Shown here: piece by piece, positions 63,412 through 64,000 of the stretch
Layout of the letters: the number at the start of each line of letters is the position of its first letter
Position numbering within the stretch: position 1 is the stretch's first letter
Source of the DNA: Octopus sinensis
Lineage: Eukaryota
Reading direction: 5' to 3'
Length of the DNA: 64,000 nucleotides
NCBI RefSeq assembly: GCF_006345805.1
Contig: NC_043006.1
Location: 90,830,001 to 90,894,000 of the forward strand
Translations under genes and position numbers: made by a program
Notes under the pieces: model-generated
The model's input: only the letters and a program-made list of their open reading frames with translations
Told to the model about the DNA's origin: nothing
Database searches by the model: none

Positions 63412-64000
63412 ATCTGAATATAAATTTTGCTGTTCATAGCTACTCTTTTATCACAGATGAGAATTTTAATTGAATGTAAATGTTTTATGTCCATTGACAG
63501 CATATACCGTCTTATTATGCCTCTGCTATTGACTTTTTTCTCATATTATTGATGCCTTTCCAGTTGTTTCTTTAATCTTATTAATAATTCATTAATAATA
63601 TGTAGGAATGTTTTCTATTTGCTTTGATTCACAGTTTATTTTGGCAATTTCACAAATAATTCAGGTTATTGTTTTGTTGTAATTTAGAAATTCTGTCTGC
63701 TTTTGTTTGAAGTACTCAGTTGAAATAGATTATCAGAACACTGTGACCAAATATTTAAGGTCTGCCAATTATTTTTATAATAAAAATAATAAGAAATAAT
63801 TGGAAAGCAAGAATAGCAACAGTAGCAACAAAATCATGAATTCAATAGAGGTGACATCAATATTTCTTCTTTAATTACTTAATGCTGTAATTTTCAGTCT
63901 TCATTATTTATTGCTATCCTCATTTTTTTCTTTCAGTTTCACAAATAATATCTTAATTGGGAAGATTTCCAGCAATCTTATTACTTAGTGTTAAATATAG

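Overview
AT-rich, repeat-dense eukaryotic genomic DNA. The tRNA-derived SINE families, RTE/R4/L2 LINE relics, mariners and abundant microsatellites suggest an octopod cephalopod (Octopus); this is inferred from repeat content and was not searched. The only host coding sequence I can support is one 174-nt, phase-1/phase-1 internal exon (13425-13598, +) of an RXYLT1/TMEM5 ortholog (WNPW...EIWGKAAIG). I could not find the neighbouring exons, so most or all of the window is probably very long intron. The rest is a TE mosaic: RTE LINE ends, R4/Dong-type RLE LINE fragments, an L2/CR1-type LINE, an isolated intact APE-endonuclease ORF, two mariners, a Tc1 5' end, two non-autonomous Helitrons, at least three SINE families and a 16x48-bp minisatellite. 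The most notable finds are two well-formed minimal type I hammerhead ribozyme motifs with palindromic stem III (33113-33184 minus; 40783-40858 plus, sense to the host intron), of the kind associated with Penelope-like elements, plus one eroded relic. Other notable finds are a Helitron carrying a highly structured LINE-ORF1-like fragment and a microsatellite palindrome with mirrored interruptions. Most six-frame ORFs are repeat artefacts. TE boundaries are approximate unless terminal motifs are quoted.
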